A stretch of DNA of 64,000 nt from Candidatus Sumerlaeaceae bacterium (GTDB taxonomy: Bacteria; Sumerlaeota; Sumerlaeia; Sumerlaeales; Sumerlaeaceae), in contig JBPCLP010000042.1 of assembly GCA_051003195.1 (NCBI GenBank), forward strand, positions 1 to 64,000, given 5' to 3'. The stretch's first letter is position 1. Every line of letters starts with the position of its first letter. The translations under genes and the position numbers were made by a program. Under the pieces are notes generated by a model, which did no database searches, was not told where the DNA came from, and saw only the letters and a program-made list of their open reading frames with translations. Positions 17,774 to 27,949 of this stretch are shown here, piece by piece.

Positions 17774-19617
17774 AGAAGAAGCGGCGACATCAACAACAGT
17801 CCCGAACTGTCGCCCAGGAGCAGCCTTCTCAGCCCGTAACTCCACCTCCCGCGCCACCACGCGAGCTCCCTGCATTTATAAGGTGGGTCCAAAGCAGCCG
17901 GTCGCGGCAGCACGCCGTCGCCGCACTGTTCTTTGCGATCGCGACGTGCGTACTGCTATGGCCGATCATACGCGGCTTTACAAGTGTGATCCCCGGGGAC
18001 AACGGTGATGCATATGCCAACCTTTGGACCTTCTGGTATCTGCCGTATGCACTGACGCACGGACTGAGCCCCTGGTTCAGCAATATGCAGCTCATGCCAT
18101 ACGGCGTGGATCTCATTTACCACACCAACTGCTATTTGCCAATGCTGCTCACGTGGCCGGTAAAAGCATTTCTCGGAATTGGCGCCGCTTACAATACGTC
18201 CGTGCTCCTGGCGATCAGCCTCACTGGGTTTTTCTTTTACATATTTTGCCGGGAAAATGGATGCTCAGCCGCAGGGGCGATAATTGGGGGGTTCGCAGTC
18301 GCATTTTCGCCGTTCACGTTTGCGCATTTGCCAGGTCACCTGAGCATGTTGCAGATGCATTTCGTAATTCTCGCGCTGCTGTTCCTGGCTCGAATTCTGC
18401 GCGCAAAAGAACTCCAGATCTGGAATGCGATTGGACTCGGCACGGCTGTCTGGGCTGTCGCGGTAACTGACCTTACGCTGCTGGTAACATTGGTTTGCCT
18501 GTCGCTGGTTGTCCTGATCGCTGCGTTCGTTGAATTGGATATTTTGTGGAAACCGGTGGCGCGCAACATTGGCATTGGTGCAGCGGCCTCTGTCGTGCTT
18601 GTTTTGCCCTGGGCCAGGGCGCTGGTTTTGGCGCTAAAGAATCACGACTACAGCAGAGTGTTTTCGAACACAGCACCCGAGAAGCGGTTCTACTGCAGTT
18701 TTAATGACCTGTTTGTTCCGCCGATCTTTCATGGATTCTGGGGCAAAACGTTTCACCCGAATGCATCCGTCAGCTCACTTTTGTATAGTGAGGCAGGCGG
18801 TTATCTCGGCACGGTTTGCCTTGCGCTTGTAGCCGGTGCTATCTGGTTGCGGGGCTCTCGCGCTGTGTGGACATGGACATGTGCCGGGGCTCTCTTTGTC
18901 AGCTTCGCCTTCGGAGTGAGTTTCGCGAACCGTGTCTATTCGCTCTGGACACTCGTCTTGCCGCCGAACTTTGGCGTCGGTCTTCCATTATTGGACCAGG
19001 TACGTGTTCCTGCCCGGTTCACTCTTCCTGCCCACGCGTGCATTGCGTTCGTATGTGCTCAAGGATTCGACGCAGTCAGCTCGCTTGTAAACCAGGTACA
19101 GCGCCTTGGAGTATGGGTGGGGAGTGTCGCTCTGCTTGTACTGGATTTTTTCTTTGCACCAATTCCCGTGTGCACTTCTAAACCCTCAGAGCACTATCAG
19201 CACGCGTCGCTAAAGGGTGAAGGTTCTATACTGGAGCTGCCGCTCTGGTTGCGCTCCGGACCAGGGCCGATGATGCGTCCGTTCGCACCCCAACAGCTTT
19301 TGGATCAAAGCGTGCATGAAAAGCCACTGTTGTCGACCTATGTCAGCAGAATCCCAAAAGACGTTGCACGCAAAGTTCTTTCGGAGCCAGTGCTGCGGCA
19401 CATTTATGCCCTACAACGCGGCAGCCCGACGAATGCGGCGCCCGACGCCCGGCAGGTAAGCGCGTTTCTTAAAAATGCAGACGTGAGGTGGATCGTTGTT
19501 CCACCAGAAATGCGTTCGAGAACTGCACTGCTGGCCTTCCTGCAAAAAACAGTTCCATTAGGAAAACCCCAGCGGATTGAGAATGCTGATTTTTATGAGG
19601 TAGCCAAGCAGCCTTAG
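17704..19617 (+). CDS. Polytopic membrane protein, YfhO/GT-C-like (start uncertain)
   Basis: GDAYANLWTFWY, AAYN, FAHLPGH, YLG, RVPARF, C-terminal soluble domain (ILELP, HEKPL). Confidence 0.65.
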   Translation: MDQRTTHLRTSYSSSRGLVLIPVKKKRRHQQQSRTVAQEQPSQPVTPPPAPPRELPAFIRWVQSSRSRQHAVAALFFAIATCVLLWPIIRGFTSVIPGDNGDAYANLWTFWYLPYALTHGLSPWFSNMQLMPYGVDLIYHTNCYLPMLLTWPVKAFLGIGAAYNTSVLLAISLTGFFFYIFCRENGCSAAGAIIGGFAVAFSPFTFAHLPGHLSMLQMHFVILALLFLARILRAKELQIWNAIGLGTAVWAVAVTDLTLLVTLVCLSLVVLIAAFVELDILWKPVARNIGIGAAASVVLVLPWARALVLALKNHDYSRVFSNTAPEKRFYCSFNDLFVPPIFHGFWGKTFHPNASVSSLLYSEAGGYLGTVCLALVAGAIWLRGSRAVWTWTCAGALFVSFAFGVSFANRVYSLWTLVLPPNFGVGLPLLDQVRVPARFTLPAHACIAFVCAQGFDAVSSLVNQVQRLGVWVGSVALLVLDFFFAPIPVCTSKPSEHYQHASLKGEGSILELPLWLRSGPGPMMRPFAPQQLLDQSVHEKPLLSTYVSRIPKDVARKVLSEPVLRHIYALQRGSPTNAAPDARQVSAFLKNADVRWIVVPPEMRSRTALLAFLQKTVPLGKPQRIENADFYEVAKQP

Positions 19618-20646
19618 TTAGTTGGCGCTGAGAGCGTACGTGAGTTCTGCGACTGTCACTGTGGCCGTGCCAATCTTCATTACGACAATTCCTCCCGCGA
19701 TGTTTGCCAGGCGTGCAGCGGCTTCAGGTGTCGCTCCGGCGGCGAGTGCAACTGCGATGGTCGCGACGACCGTGTCACCGGCGCCGGTAACATCCGTACA
19801 TTCGTCGCTCCCATGAATTGGTATCACGACCGGTTTTGAGCCCCGTGGAAAAAGAACCATACCCTCGTTGCCGCGTGTAATCAGCACATTTTCTGCCCCT
19901 GTGAGTTTCAACAGTTTGCGTCCGACATCCCCGATGCGATAGTCGTCATCGACCGAGAGGCGGCAACATGCCACCGCCTCCCCTTCATTTGGGGTTATCA
20001 GGGTAGCTCCTTTTCGTGAGGTAAGCTTATAGCGCGAGTCGAGCACCAGCGGAATCTTGTGACGCGACTTCATTGTCACGGCTGCATTCCACACGGCATC
20101 TGAGACGATGCCGTAGCCGTAATCCGACACGACGATTACGTCCGCACTCGCAGCCAAACGCCGCATGGCGGCGATGATTTGCGGCTCAACGACTGACGTA
20201 ACAAAGTTCAGGCGTTCATCATCATCAATACGAATCACCTGCTGCCGGGCAGCGTGATGCCCGCCGGCAAGGATTCGAGTTTTTGTAAGAGTGGCAAGGC
20301 CTGGCAGCTCAAGTATCTCGGCAGTATTAACGCGTCTCGAACGCAAGGCGGCCTTTAGCTCTTTTCCGCGAGCATCTTTCCCAATCACACCGAGAGGCGC
20401 AACAATCGCACCGAGCGCAGCGATGTTGGCAGCCGTATTGCCTGCCTGCCCAGGAATAATGGATTCCTGCTGGTATTTGAGAATCAGGACAGGTGCTTCG
20501 CGCGAGATTCGGGACGTGTTACCGAAAATATAGTGATCCGCAACGAGATCGCCAACAAGTAAAACGCGTTGAGTACGCAGCTTTGGAAGAAGTGACAACA
20601 AGTGCAGGCGCGTCGCGTCTTGCACCGATTTCGAGCGCGCCATCAT
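19618..20646 (-). CDS. rfaE1: D-glycero-beta-D-manno-heptose-7-phosphate kinase (RfaE domain I, PfkB family)
   Basis: RISREAPV, TKTRI, VSDYGYG, ITPNEGE, DVTGAGDTV, ANIAGGIVVMKIGTATV. Confidence 0.88.
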   Translation of the reverse strand: MMARSKSVQDATRLHLLSLLPKLRTQRVLLVGDLVADHYIFGNTSRISREAPVLILKYQQESIIPGQAGNTAANIAALGAIVAPLGVIGKDARGKELKAALRSRRVNTAEILELPGLATLTKTRILAGGHHAARQQVIRIDDDERLNFVTSVVEPQIIAAMRRLAASADVIVVSDYGYGIVSDAVWNAAVTMKSRHKIPLVLDSRYKLTSRKGATLITPNEGEAVACCRLSVDDDYRIGDVGRKLLKLTGAENVLITRGNEGMVLFPRGSKPVVIPIHGSDECTDVTGAGDTVVATIAVALAAGATPEAAARLANIAGGIVVMKIGTATVTVAELTYALSAN

Positions 20647-22298
20647 TTCACCTCCACGTCAACATTACCAGGCTGCACCTGTCCAATTACCACGATCTGC
20701 GGGTTTGACTGGTTTGGGCTTCCGGCCATGTATTCCCCCGGTTCGAGGTCCGCAACATAACCACCGGTGTCGTCCGTTTTCACAATGGTCTGCAGCCCGA
20801 TGCTGCCGCGCAGGGTGAACACAAGCAATCCCCGGTATGGTTTGCCGTCTTTGCGTGCATGGCCTTGTACATGCGTGGTTTTCGGAAACTTAATTTGAAC
20901 ATCCGTAGTCTGGCCGTCCTCGATTCTGAGGTCGACGGATTTTTGGCGCGCCCGCTCCCCGGGTGCTGTTACAGCTACCGTGTAGGTGCCGGGTGAAATT
21001 TCATCGAAGAGCTTTACGCCTGCATCATCGGTTTTTGAAAACATGGTTTTGTTTACAGGGGAGGTCATCATCAGCACCAGCCGAGCCTGCGGAACCGGCC
21101 GCCCATCGTCATCCATAACGGCGACATGGATGTATGGCTGCTGCTGCGACAGTGTGTAGGTGGTCTCCGGCGGCGGACCAGCGGCACTCACTCCGACGCC
21201 CTCAATGGTTCTAGTCGTGAAACCGGCTGCACCAAGTGTCAGTCTATATGCACCTGGCACTACTCCCTCCAGCGAGAACCGGCCTGTGACATCCGTCGAG
21301 CCATTGTGAGGGGGCTGTGTCGACGCGAGGCTATGATCACTTGCAAGCGCAAGGTGTACGCCGGCCTGCGGCAGAGGCCGGTGCTCAGCTTCCGATGCAA
21401 CGTTACCACCAAAAGTATATTTCAGGCCAAGTGTGATTGTTGTCTGCGTGCGACGTGCACCTTCTATGGTAAACGGCATGCTTTCAGCATACGAAGTTTT
21501 GGAGCGCACGGCGGCTTTGTATGTTCCTGGCTCAAGCTCTTCGACCCGCAGACTGCCCTTATCGATTGTGACATGCTGCTGCGCAACGGGCATAAACATG
21601 GCGCCTTGTACTGCGGCTTCGCTAAGGCCAAGTGTAGATGTGGTAGCGCTTGCGGTACGTTGATGCAGAAGCAGAAAATCCGCCTCCCCTGCATACGGTT
21701 CAACAGCTTGCGCATTATCTGTAGCCTGCTGCACCAGGACTTCCAATCCAGCCAGCGCGCTGAGTGCAATTTCCAGCCGATCGGGCAACGGAAGCTCAAG
21801 CCGTTCAACCACACTGCGGCCGTATCCGACCGCCTCCACGACGACGACGTCGAGATCAGGCGAGCGAATTCCGCTCAACGTGAACGTGCCACTGGCATCG
21901 CTTGTGGCATCAACGGATATCTGCGAACCGCCAATTCGATAAGTGGTACGCACAGTCGCATTGGGCAGGGGTTTGCCATTGGAGTCTGTAATAGTTCCAC
22001 TAAGCGAATAGGTTACGGGCGAGGGTGATGGGGAAGGTGTTGGTGTTACTGGAGCAGGCGTGGGGCTGCCAGTTGCTGGAGCGGTACTAATTGTACCGCG
22101 AACTGGTTGCTGTATTGGCCGAACCAGGGGTGTTGATGAAACTTCAGTCGCCACAGTCGCGGGCACGACGGCTGGGTTCTCCGGCGAAAGCTCGGATCGT
22201 ATCAGCACGACCAGGGCGAACACAATAGCGCCCGCTGCGACGATCCATGGCAGCCGATGCTTCGGATCAAGTGGATTGCCTGGTTGCACGTCAGGCAC
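20643..22298 (-). CDS. Membrane-anchored protein with repeated carboxypeptidase-regulatory-like (Ig/prealbumin) domains
   Basis: N-terminal TM, Pro/Thr linker, repeated G..TD..G.P, TD..G.F and PG.Y patterns. Confidence 0.75.
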   Translation of the reverse strand: MPDVQPGNPLDPKHRLPWIVAAGAIVFALVVLIRSELSPENPAVVPATVATEVSSTPLVRPIQQPVRGTISTAPATGSPTPAPVTPTPSPSPSPVTYSLSGTITDSNGKPLPNATVRTTYRIGGSQISVDATSDASGTFTLSGIRSPDLDVVVVEAVGYGRSVVERLELPLPDRLEIALSALAGLEVLVQQATDNAQAVEPYAGEADFLLLHQRTASATTSTLGLSEAAVQGAMFMPVAQQHVTIDKGSLRVEELEPGTYKAAVRSKTSYAESMPFTIEGARRTQTTITLGLKYTFGGNVASEAEHRPLPQAGVHLALASDHSLASTQPPHNGSTDVTGRFSLEGVVPGAYRLTLGAAGFTTRTIEGVGVSAAGPPPETTYTLSQQQPYIHVAVMDDDGRPVPQARLVLMMTSPVNKTMFSKTDDAGVKLFDEISPGTYTVAVTAPGERARQKSVDLRIEDGQTTDVQIKFPKTTHVQGHARKDGKPYRGLLVFTLRGSIGLQTIVKTDDTGGYVADLEPGEYMAGSPNQSNPQIVVIGQVQPGNVDVEVK

Positions 22299-22304
22299 TG
22301 CGGC

Positions 22305-23264
22305 TCAACGGTACTCTTTTAGGAACGACTTAGTGGCGGCGTAGAGCAATGGGATCATTATCTCGTGGTGTCCCGTAATTGAAATCGGCGTCCCACCGCC
22401 GCGTGTCGGCCGGTTCACTACATTCGCCATAGGCCGGTAGTGCTGAATCATGTCCATGTTCACGGCCGTGAAGTTCTTTGTCGGGCTTCCGAGATTACGA
22501 GCAACTGTCAGTGCCTTTAGAAAAACTTCGGGGAGAATGACGGCGCTGCCGCAGTTGATGACGACACCTCCCTCGTGCAGCGTAGGCAGTACGCCGGCGA
22601 GCCAGCGGAAATCGCGCATGCAGCCTTTCCCGTAGGCTTCGCCATTGCACGACGGGTGCTGATGTATCGTGTCGGTACCAAGCGCGACGTGCACCGTGAG
22701 AGGTACGCCGAGCCGGTGGGCATTGGCAAGAATACTGATTTTCTCAAAACGCGGCAGCAGATGGCGCAGCCCGCGGCCGATGCTCTCACCAAGGCCGCAA
22801 CCGAAACGCACGCCGTCCGTCACAATCTTGTTCATCATCTCCGCCGTCTCGCGGACCATGCCGAACATTCCGTCTTCCAGGCCCGCTTCAACTTCTTCGC
22901 TGGTATGGCCAAAATAAGCGAGTTCAAAATCGTGGATGGCGCCAGCGCCGTTCATACAGATGCATGTGATGAGACGCTCTTCCATCATGCGAATGATAAT
23001 GGGTGAGAGGCCGCATTTCACGACGTGCGCGCCCATCATAAACACAATGCCTTTATCATTCACGCAGGCTTCGGCAATTTTCTGGCTGGCGACCAGCAAT
23101 TCCTTGGCTTTTAGTACAGACGGCAGCCCTTCAAAAAACTCGCCGAGTGGCTGATGGATGTTGGGGACCCGTGCCAGCAGCGTGTGGTCGACCTTCGTTG
23201 GCCGGTTCCGAATGCTGTAGGTCTTGATCTGAGCCAGGTCGACTGGCTTTGGGCGTTCCGTCAT
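22305..23264 (-). CDS. Deoxyhypusine-synthase-like fold protein of unknown function (GSU2086-like)
   Basis: MMGAHVVKCGL, MNGAGAIHDFE, GSAVILPEVFLKAL, GHHEIMIPLL. Confidence 0.7.
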   Translation of the reverse strand: MTERPKPVDLAQIKTYSIRNRPTKVDHTLLARVPNIHQPLGEFFEGLPSVLKAKELLVASQKIAEACVNDKGIVFMMGAHVVKCGLSPIIIRMMEERLITCICMNGAGAIHDFELAYFGHTSEEVEAGLEDGMFGMVRETAEMMNKIVTDGVRFGCGLGESIGRGLRHLLPRFEKISILANAHRLGVPLTVHVALGTDTIHQHPSCNGEAYGKGCMRDFRWLAGVLPTLHEGGVVINCGSAVILPEVFLKALTVARNLGSPTKNFTAVNMDMIQHYRPMANVVNRPTRGGGTPISITGHHEIMIPLLYAATKSFLKEYR

Positions 23265-24487
23265 GCCTGCGCGGCTTCTTCCAGCTCAAATTCTTCGTGA
23301 ATCGATTGCACGGCTTTATCCACATCGCTCTCGCGGATTACGCAGGAGATTTTAATTTCCGACGTGCTGATCATGTCTATGTTAATACCGTTTTTCGCAA
23401 GGGCGCGGAACATGGTTGCGGCCACGCCGCTATGGCTTTTCATACCGACACCGACCACGCTGACCTTTGCGATCTCCCGGTCATGGCGGACTTCCTTGGC
23501 GCCGAGTTCCTTCGCCGCTGCTTCAGCCACCTTCAGCGCCTCGTCGAGGTCCTCTTTGCTTACGGTGAATGAAATATCATTATGACCGCTCTCACCGACG
23601 TTTTGTATGATCATGTCCACGCAGATGTTTGCCGTGCCAAGCTTTCCAAAAAAGTCCGCCGCAACGCCGGGGCGATCAGGCACCCCGATGAGCGATACCT
23701 TTGCTTCGTTGCGATTGTAAGCGACGCCGCTTACGACGATGTCTTCCATTTCTTTAGCCTCTTTGACAACCATGGTCCCGGGTACGTCCTCAAAGCTGCT
23801 GCGGACGTGTATGGGCACGTTATAGTTTTTTGCGAATTCGACGCTGCGGCTGTGCAACACCTTAGCGCCGAGGCTGGCGAGTTCAAGCATTTCGTCATAG
23901 GAGATGCGCTCGAGCTTGCGGGGGTTTTTTACAATGCGCGGGTCTGCGGTGTAGACGCCGTCGACGTCAGTATAAATATCGCAGACATCAGCTTTGAGAA
24001 CCGCCGCGAGGGCGACTGCGGTTGTGTCGCTGCCCCCGCGGCCAAGCGTGGTTACTTCGTTTTCAGCAGTCATCCCCTGGAAACCGGCCACTATTACAAT
24101 ACGACCGGCTTCGAGTTCGCGACGAATTTTCTCGTCGTTGATCCGGACGATCTTCGCCTTTCGGTGCGAGTTGTCGGTCAGGATGCCGACTTGCGGCCCT
24201 GTGAAGCTGATGGCCTTGCCGCCCTTACTCTGGATCGCGATGGCAAGCATGGCGATGGTGACCTGCTCGCCGGTTGAGATCAGCATATCGATTTCGCGCG
24301 GATCAGGTGATGATGTTATCTGTTGTGCGAGTGCTAGAAGACCATCGGTCGTTTTGCCCATCGCTGAAACAACTACGACGATCTGATTACCGCGTTGCTG
24401 CTCACGGATGGCGAGGTCGGCCACGTGCCTGATCCGCTCTGGATCGGCGACACTGCTGCCTCCAAATTTCTGTACAATTACTGCCAA
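23261..24487 (-). CDS. lysC: Aspartate kinase with two ACT domains
   Basis: VQKFGGSSV, VVSAMG, TTLGRGGSDTTA, YTDVDGVYTADP, STSEIKIS; TTG start about 10 nt after GGAG. Confidence 0.97.
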   Translation of the reverse strand: MAVIVQKFGGSSVADPERIRHVADLAIREQQRGNQIVVVVSAMGKTTDGLLALAQQITSSPDPREIDMLISTGEQVTIAMLAIAIQSKGGKAISFTGPQVGILTDNSHRKAKIVRINDEKIRRELEAGRIVIVAGFQGMTAENEVTTLGRGGSDTTAVALAAVLKADVCDIYTDVDGVYTADPRIVKNPRKLERISYDEMLELASLGAKVLHSRSVEFAKNYNVPIHVRSSFEDVPGTMVVKEAKEMEDIVVSGVAYNRNEAKVSLIGVPDRPGVAADFFGKLGTANICVDMIIQNVGESGHNDISFTVSKEDLDEALKVAEAAAKELGAKEVRHDREIAKVSVVGVGMKSHSGVAATMFRALAKNGINIDMISTSEIKISCVIRESDVDKAVQSIHEEFELEEAAQA

Positions 24488-24611
24488 GTTATGCAAACTC
24501 CGAGTTCTTCCAAATTACAAAATCCCATGATACACAAGGCTTTGAGGGGCTAGGCAATGGGTTTTTTGCTGTTTTCACGGCTTACAGAGTCGCTGGCTAT
24601 GTCGTGCACCG

Positions 24612-25298
24612 TTAATGGGGTACCTTGGCCATGGGACCGGTGCGTACGCGAACTACTTCGCCATCTCCAATGACGAAAAGCTGGTCGCCACGTCGCGGTT
24701 TGACAGTGTAGGTGCCTGTGAAACTGCCAAATGCGGGGACCAGGGCGGAGCGTTCGCCGAACCAGAAGCACGGCAGGCGAATGCTTCCGCCGGTGCGGTC
24801 CCAGAGGTTTATGCCGGGATGAATGTGGCCGCCGATAATGTGAAGGGTCTCATGATCGCAAGGTTCGTGGCAGAAATAAAAAGGCGCCTCGGCATGCGGT
24901 TTTGCTTCAACTCGTATGTTCCATTCGGGAGGCGGATCTCCGGCATGGCGGTCGTGGTTGCCGCGGATCAGAAGAATTTCCATGCTGCTTCGGCGCGTGC
25001 GCCAGTCTGCAAGAAATTGAAGGGTCATTTCACAGCGTCCGGCTTTTGAGTGAAAGAAATCGCCAAGGATCAGCAGGCGGTCCGGCGTGCATGAATCGAG
25101 CATCGAGTCCAGGCGGCCCAGATCGTCGGTTGTTGTGCCGGAAGGAATGGGGATTCCGACCTTTCGGAAGGCCGCGGTTTTTCCGAAGTGTGGATCGGCA
25201 ATCAGCAGCGTTCTTGTGCGATGCCAATAAACGCCACGCTCCGGGAAAAGCATAAGCTCTTCGCCCGCCCAGTTGGTACTAATACTCCCTTCTGCCAT
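24612..25298 (-). CDS. pdeM: Ligase-associated DNA damage response endonuclease (metallophosphoesterase)
   Basis: ADPHFGK, LGDFFH, RGNHD, HEP, GHIHP, PAFGSFTG; last gene of the ligase cluster. Confidence 0.9.
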   Translation of the reverse strand: MAEGSISTNWAGEELMLFPERGVYWHRTRTLLIADPHFGKTAAFRKVGIPIPSGTTTDDLGRLDSMLDSCTPDRLLILGDFFHSKAGRCEMTLQFLADWRTRRSSMEILLIRGNHDRHAGDPPPEWNIRVEAKPHAEAPFYFCHEPCDHETLHIIGGHIHPGINLWDRTGGSIRLPCFWFGERSALVPAFGSFTGTYTVKPRRGDQLFVIGDGEVVRVRTGPMAKVPH

Positions 25299-25399
25299 AC
25301 CACACTCCAACAACTTATCTGCACGTCATGGCCGCGTGAATGCATCTGTGCTGATCGCGACCGGAAAAATACGATTGGCTGTGTTAAGCTGTGAGGCAA

Positions 25400-27949
25400 T
25401 CAATTTTGGTCCTGTTCGTCCAGGTACGCTTCTTCAAGTTCAAGGGCCATGCGCTTGATGCGGTCGCCGAACCGCTCGGTGGATACGTAGGCACTGGCGC
25501 TGCCGATGCGAGTAGCCCAAAGCGGAAATGCGAGCGGCGTGAAACGGCGGGTGCGGACGATGACGAGCTTTGAACTTTCCAGTCGCGCGAGGGTTTCGCG
25601 CAGGCGCTGCACTTCCAGCTGTTTTTCGAGCACTTCGCGATTTGCCTGGTCAAGCAAGAGGTTCTGCGGATCGTATCTGCGAAATACATCGTAGATCAGG
25701 CTGCTGGATGCGTGAATTTGGCGCCCGGTCTTTGGAGCACCCGGATAGCCGCCAAAGATCAGCCCGGCCACACGCGCAATCTCCCTAAACTGACGCCGCG
25801 CCAATTCAGCCGCGTTGAGGCACGCGACAAGATCGTCCAGCAGGTGCTCCTGGCTGAACTGCCTTTTCCAGCCTGCCTCGTCCAACTCAATGGATCGGGC
25901 GCAGAGCATCTCAAATCCATAGTCGTTCATCGTCACTCCGACAGAGCTGGGCTCGTCTTTGGCGATACGATATGCCACCAGCGCGCCTATGCCCTCGTGT
26001 ACGAAACGGCCTTCGAACGGGTAAATATACACGTTAAAGCCTTCGCGCGTGCGCGTGGTTTCAATAAGAACCTCGTCGGCACGGGGAATGACGGACCACT
26101 CGCGCTGCACTTCGAGGATGGGCTTCACCATCTGCATCTCGGGTCCGATGTATCGGCCCTCGCGGGCGTCTGCCAGCTTGTAACGAACGGCGCGACCCAG
26201 TTCGCTTGTGATTGGCATACGGCTGCCGCCCCAGCTCGGTAACATTCCCGTCACACTGTCAGCAAATTTAACGACTGCCGTGGCCTCACGAAAGCGAACC
26301 AGCTCGAGCACGCGTCCCGCAAACACGAAGCGGTCCCCCGGATGAAGTTTGGCTATGAAGTTTTCTTCAACGGTGCCGAGGACATTGCCGCCCTGCAGCT
26401 TCACGGTAATCACAAGATCGCCTGTGATGGTGCCGATATTTAGCCGATGTAGCCGGGCGATAAGCGGAGACGCGACTCCGTAGCGGTCGTGGTGTTTGAC
26501 CAGCTTCTGGAACTGCGGATAATTCCGCAGGGCAGGTCCGCCGCGCGTGACAAACTCAAGGCACCAATCCCATTCCGTGCGGGTGAGTTCCCGGAAGGCA
26601 TACGCGGTTCGAACCTCTTCGTACAGTTCTTCTTCCTCGTAACCTCCGCCCAGCGCGAGGGTGACGAGATGCTGCACCAGAACATCGAGCGGGCGATTGA
26701 GCGGGTCGCGTGGTTCCAGTTCGCCTGCCAGAGCGGCGTCACGGGCTGCAGCATACTCCACAAACTCCAGCGCGTGGGTGGGCACGCAGAGAATGCGACT
26801 TAGTCCACCCGGCTGGTGACCGCTACGGCCGGCGCGCTGCAGAAGCCGGGCAACTCCTTTCGGGCTGCCGATTTGCATGACCTGATCGACATCGGGAAAG
26901 TCCACTCCCAGATCGAGGCTTGATGTGCAAACAACGGCTTTGATCCGCGCTTCGCGCAGGCGTTGCTCGACGGCCTCGCGGATTTCGCGATCCAGAGAAC
27001 CGTGATGCAGAGCTATCTGGTTAGCCCACTTCGGCTTCTGCGCCAGAATGCTCTGATACCATAGTTCCGCCTGCGCACGCGTGTTCGTAAAGACCAGTGT
27101 CGACTTGGCCCGTGCGATGGATTCGATGACCTGCGGCAGCAGGCGCAGGCCGATGTGACCGGACCATGGAAATCGTTCAATGGTATCCGGCAGCAATGTC
27201 TCGATTTCCATCTGCTTTTCCATGGGACCGCGGATCAGTTGTCCTGTCGCGCGACCGCCGAGTAGCACATCGAGCGCCTGCGGGAGGTTGCCCAGCGTGG
27301 CGGAGAGGCCCCATGTACGCAACCCCGCAACCCAGTTGCGCAAACGCGCCAGGGCGAGCTCTGTTTGGGTACCACGCTTTGAGCCGAGCAGTTCGTGCCA
27401 TTCATCAACGACCACGCACTTGAGCTGGGTCAGTTTTTCGTGTGTGTCTTCGTAAGACAGGAGCACGCTGAGGCTTTCGGGAGTCGTAATCAGTACGGTG
27501 GGTAGTCGCTCGCGCTGACGTGCTTTAATTGCGGCGGACGTATCTCCTGTGCGCAACTCCAGCGTCCAGGGAATTCCCAGCGCCGTCAACGGAGCACGCA
27601 GAGCCGATGCCGTATCGTTCGACAATGCTCGAAGCGGAGTAATCCAGAGCAGGGTGGGCGGCGCGGGCTGTTTTGGCTTCCACTGCGACTCATCTGGATT
27701 TGCAAAAAGCCACTCGGAAAGCGGGCCCATCCAGACAGAATACGTTTTCCCCATGCCAGTCGGCGCATTCACCAGCCCACTACGACCGTCCAGGTAGGCG
27801 CGCCACGCTTCGAATTGATACGTGAACGGAGACCAGCGCTTCTTGCGAAACCACCACTGGAGCTGTGGCGCGAGGGGAAGGCTTGGGTCCGCAATTGGGC
27901 GGGGACGTCGACGCGCGGGCTTCGGTGGAGATCTTCGGCCGGAAGTCAC
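25400..27949 (-). CDS. Ligase-associated DEXH-box (Lhr-core) helicase
   Basis: APTGMGKT, TPLRAL, TTPESL, DEWHE, LSAT, HHGSL, SLDLGVD, QRAGRSGH. Confidence 0.93.
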   Translation of the reverse strand: MTSGRRSPPKPARRRPRPIADPSLPLAPQLQWWFRKKRWSPFTYQFEAWRAYLDGRSGLVNAPTGMGKTYSVWMGPLSEWLFANPDESQWKPKQPAPPTLLWITPLRALSNDTASALRAPLTALGIPWTLELRTGDTSAAIKARQRERLPTVLITTPESLSVLLSYEDTHEKLTQLKCVVVDEWHELLGSKRGTQTELALARLRNWVAGLRTWGLSATLGNLPQALDVLLGGRATGQLIRGPMEKQMEIETLLPDTIERFPWSGHIGLRLLPQVIESIARAKSTLVFTNTRAQAELWYQSILAQKPKWANQIALHHGSLDREIREAVEQRLREARIKAVVCTSSLDLGVDFPDVDQVMQIGSPKGVARLLQRAGRSGHQPGGLSRILCVPTHALEFVEYAAARDAALAGELEPRDPLNRPLDVLVQHLVTLALGGGYEEEELYEEVRTAYAFRELTRTEWDWCLEFVTRGGPALRNYPQFQKLVKHHDRYGVASPLIARLHRLNIGTITGDLVITVKLQGGNVLGTVEENFIAKLHPGDRFVFAGRVLELVRFREATAVVKFADSVTGMLPSWGGSRMPITSELGRAVRYKLADAREGRYIGPEMQMVKPILEVQREWSVIPRADEVLIETTRTREGFNVYIYPFEGRFVHEGIGALVAYRIAKDEPSSVGVTMNDYGFEMLCARSIELDEAGWKRQFSQEHLLDDLVACLNAAELARRQFREIARVAGLIFGGYPGAPKTGRQIHASSSLIYDVFRRYDPQNLLLDQANREVLEKQLEVQRLRETLARLESSKLVIVRTRRFTPLAFPLWATRIGSASAYVSTERFGDRIKRMALELEEAYLDEQDQN

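Noticed and set aside
22305..23264. DHS-like protein as the EF-P modifying enzyme
   Set aside because: This EF-P has Asn rather than Lys at the tip, the genes are ~38 kb apart, and no catalytic Lys motif is evident
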